A stretch of 64,000 bases of DNA, from contig JAQUKV010000007.1 of NCBI GenBank assembly GCA_028718905.1, positions 588-64,587 on the forward strand, in the 5' to 3' direction. Origin of the DNA: Candidatus Peribacteraceae bacterium. GTDB lineage: Bacteria; Patescibacteriota; Gracilibacteria; Peribacterales; Peribacteraceae. The translations under genes were made by a program, and so were the position numbers. Under the pieces are notes generated by a model. It did not search any database, was not told where the DNA came from, and was given only the letters and a program-made list of their open reading frames with translations. Numbering within the stretch: the first letter of the stretch is position 1; each line of letters starts with the position of its first letter. Below are positions 63,992 to 64,000 of this stretch, one piece after another.

Positions 63992-64000
63992 ATAAAAGTG

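Noticed and set aside
1-64000. CRISPR arrays, rRNA genes, transposases, integrases, reverse transcriptases (DGR or retron) and toxin-antitoxin pairs.
   Set aside because: I saw no regularly spaced direct repeats with unique spacers, no rRNA-like conserved blocks, and no ORF with DDE, tyrosine or serine recombinase or RT (YxDD) motifs. The lone XRE regulator has no adjacent toxin-like partner.

Overview
By eye this is a GC-rich, tightly packed bacterial chromosomal window. I call about 58 protein genes and 2 tRNAs. I found no rRNA, CRISPR array, transposase, integrase or reverse transcriptase.

Gene content is mostly housekeeping and cell envelope:
- Housekeeping: galU (cut by the window edge), uppP, recJ, dnaJ, HU, topA, gatCA, rnpA-yidC, class I aldolase fbaB, two csrA-like genes, cysS, Fe/Mn SOD, rpoB, ssb.
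- Envelope: FtsQ-like, D-Ala-D-Ala carboxypeptidase, two M23 peptidases, PgeF, a FemAB-family transferase, a GT4 glycosyltransferase, MscS, DedA.
- Surface proteins: two SLH-domain proteins (one 1427 aa) and two thrombospondin-type-3-repeat proteins.
- Transport and signalling: a MacA/MacB-like ABC efflux operon divergent from an OmpR/HisKA two-component pair.

The protein inventory is ordinary. The unusual part is the non-coding layer:
1. A four-copy element has invariant junction nucleotides and fully compensated helices, which looks like a structured RNA family I cannot name.
2. A ~150-nt nested-palindrome element (GCCTCACCCCC...GGGGGTGAGGC) occurs four times.
3. Hairpins whose arms are tandem arrays of short words (GCAGTAN heptamers, GGGCGTAGG, purine words) sit at gene ends.
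4. Several of these elements lie in frame inside intact-looking housekeeping genes (FemAB-like, cysS, rnpA). This recalls Rickettsia palindromic elements.

Smaller observations:
- A 1.2-kb islet at tRNA-Asp is bounded by a duplicated tRNA-3'-end plus terminator module.
- A TauE cassette is bracketed by a 23-nt direct repeat that duplicates the macB 3' end.
- A holin-like gene and its decayed paralog bracket a secreted two-gene unit.
- A divergent CsrA paralog lies upstream of canonical csrA.
- rpoB has a Lys/Ala/Pro-rich N-terminal extension and no adjacent rpoC.

All family assignments come from reading motifs by eye. No searches were run.
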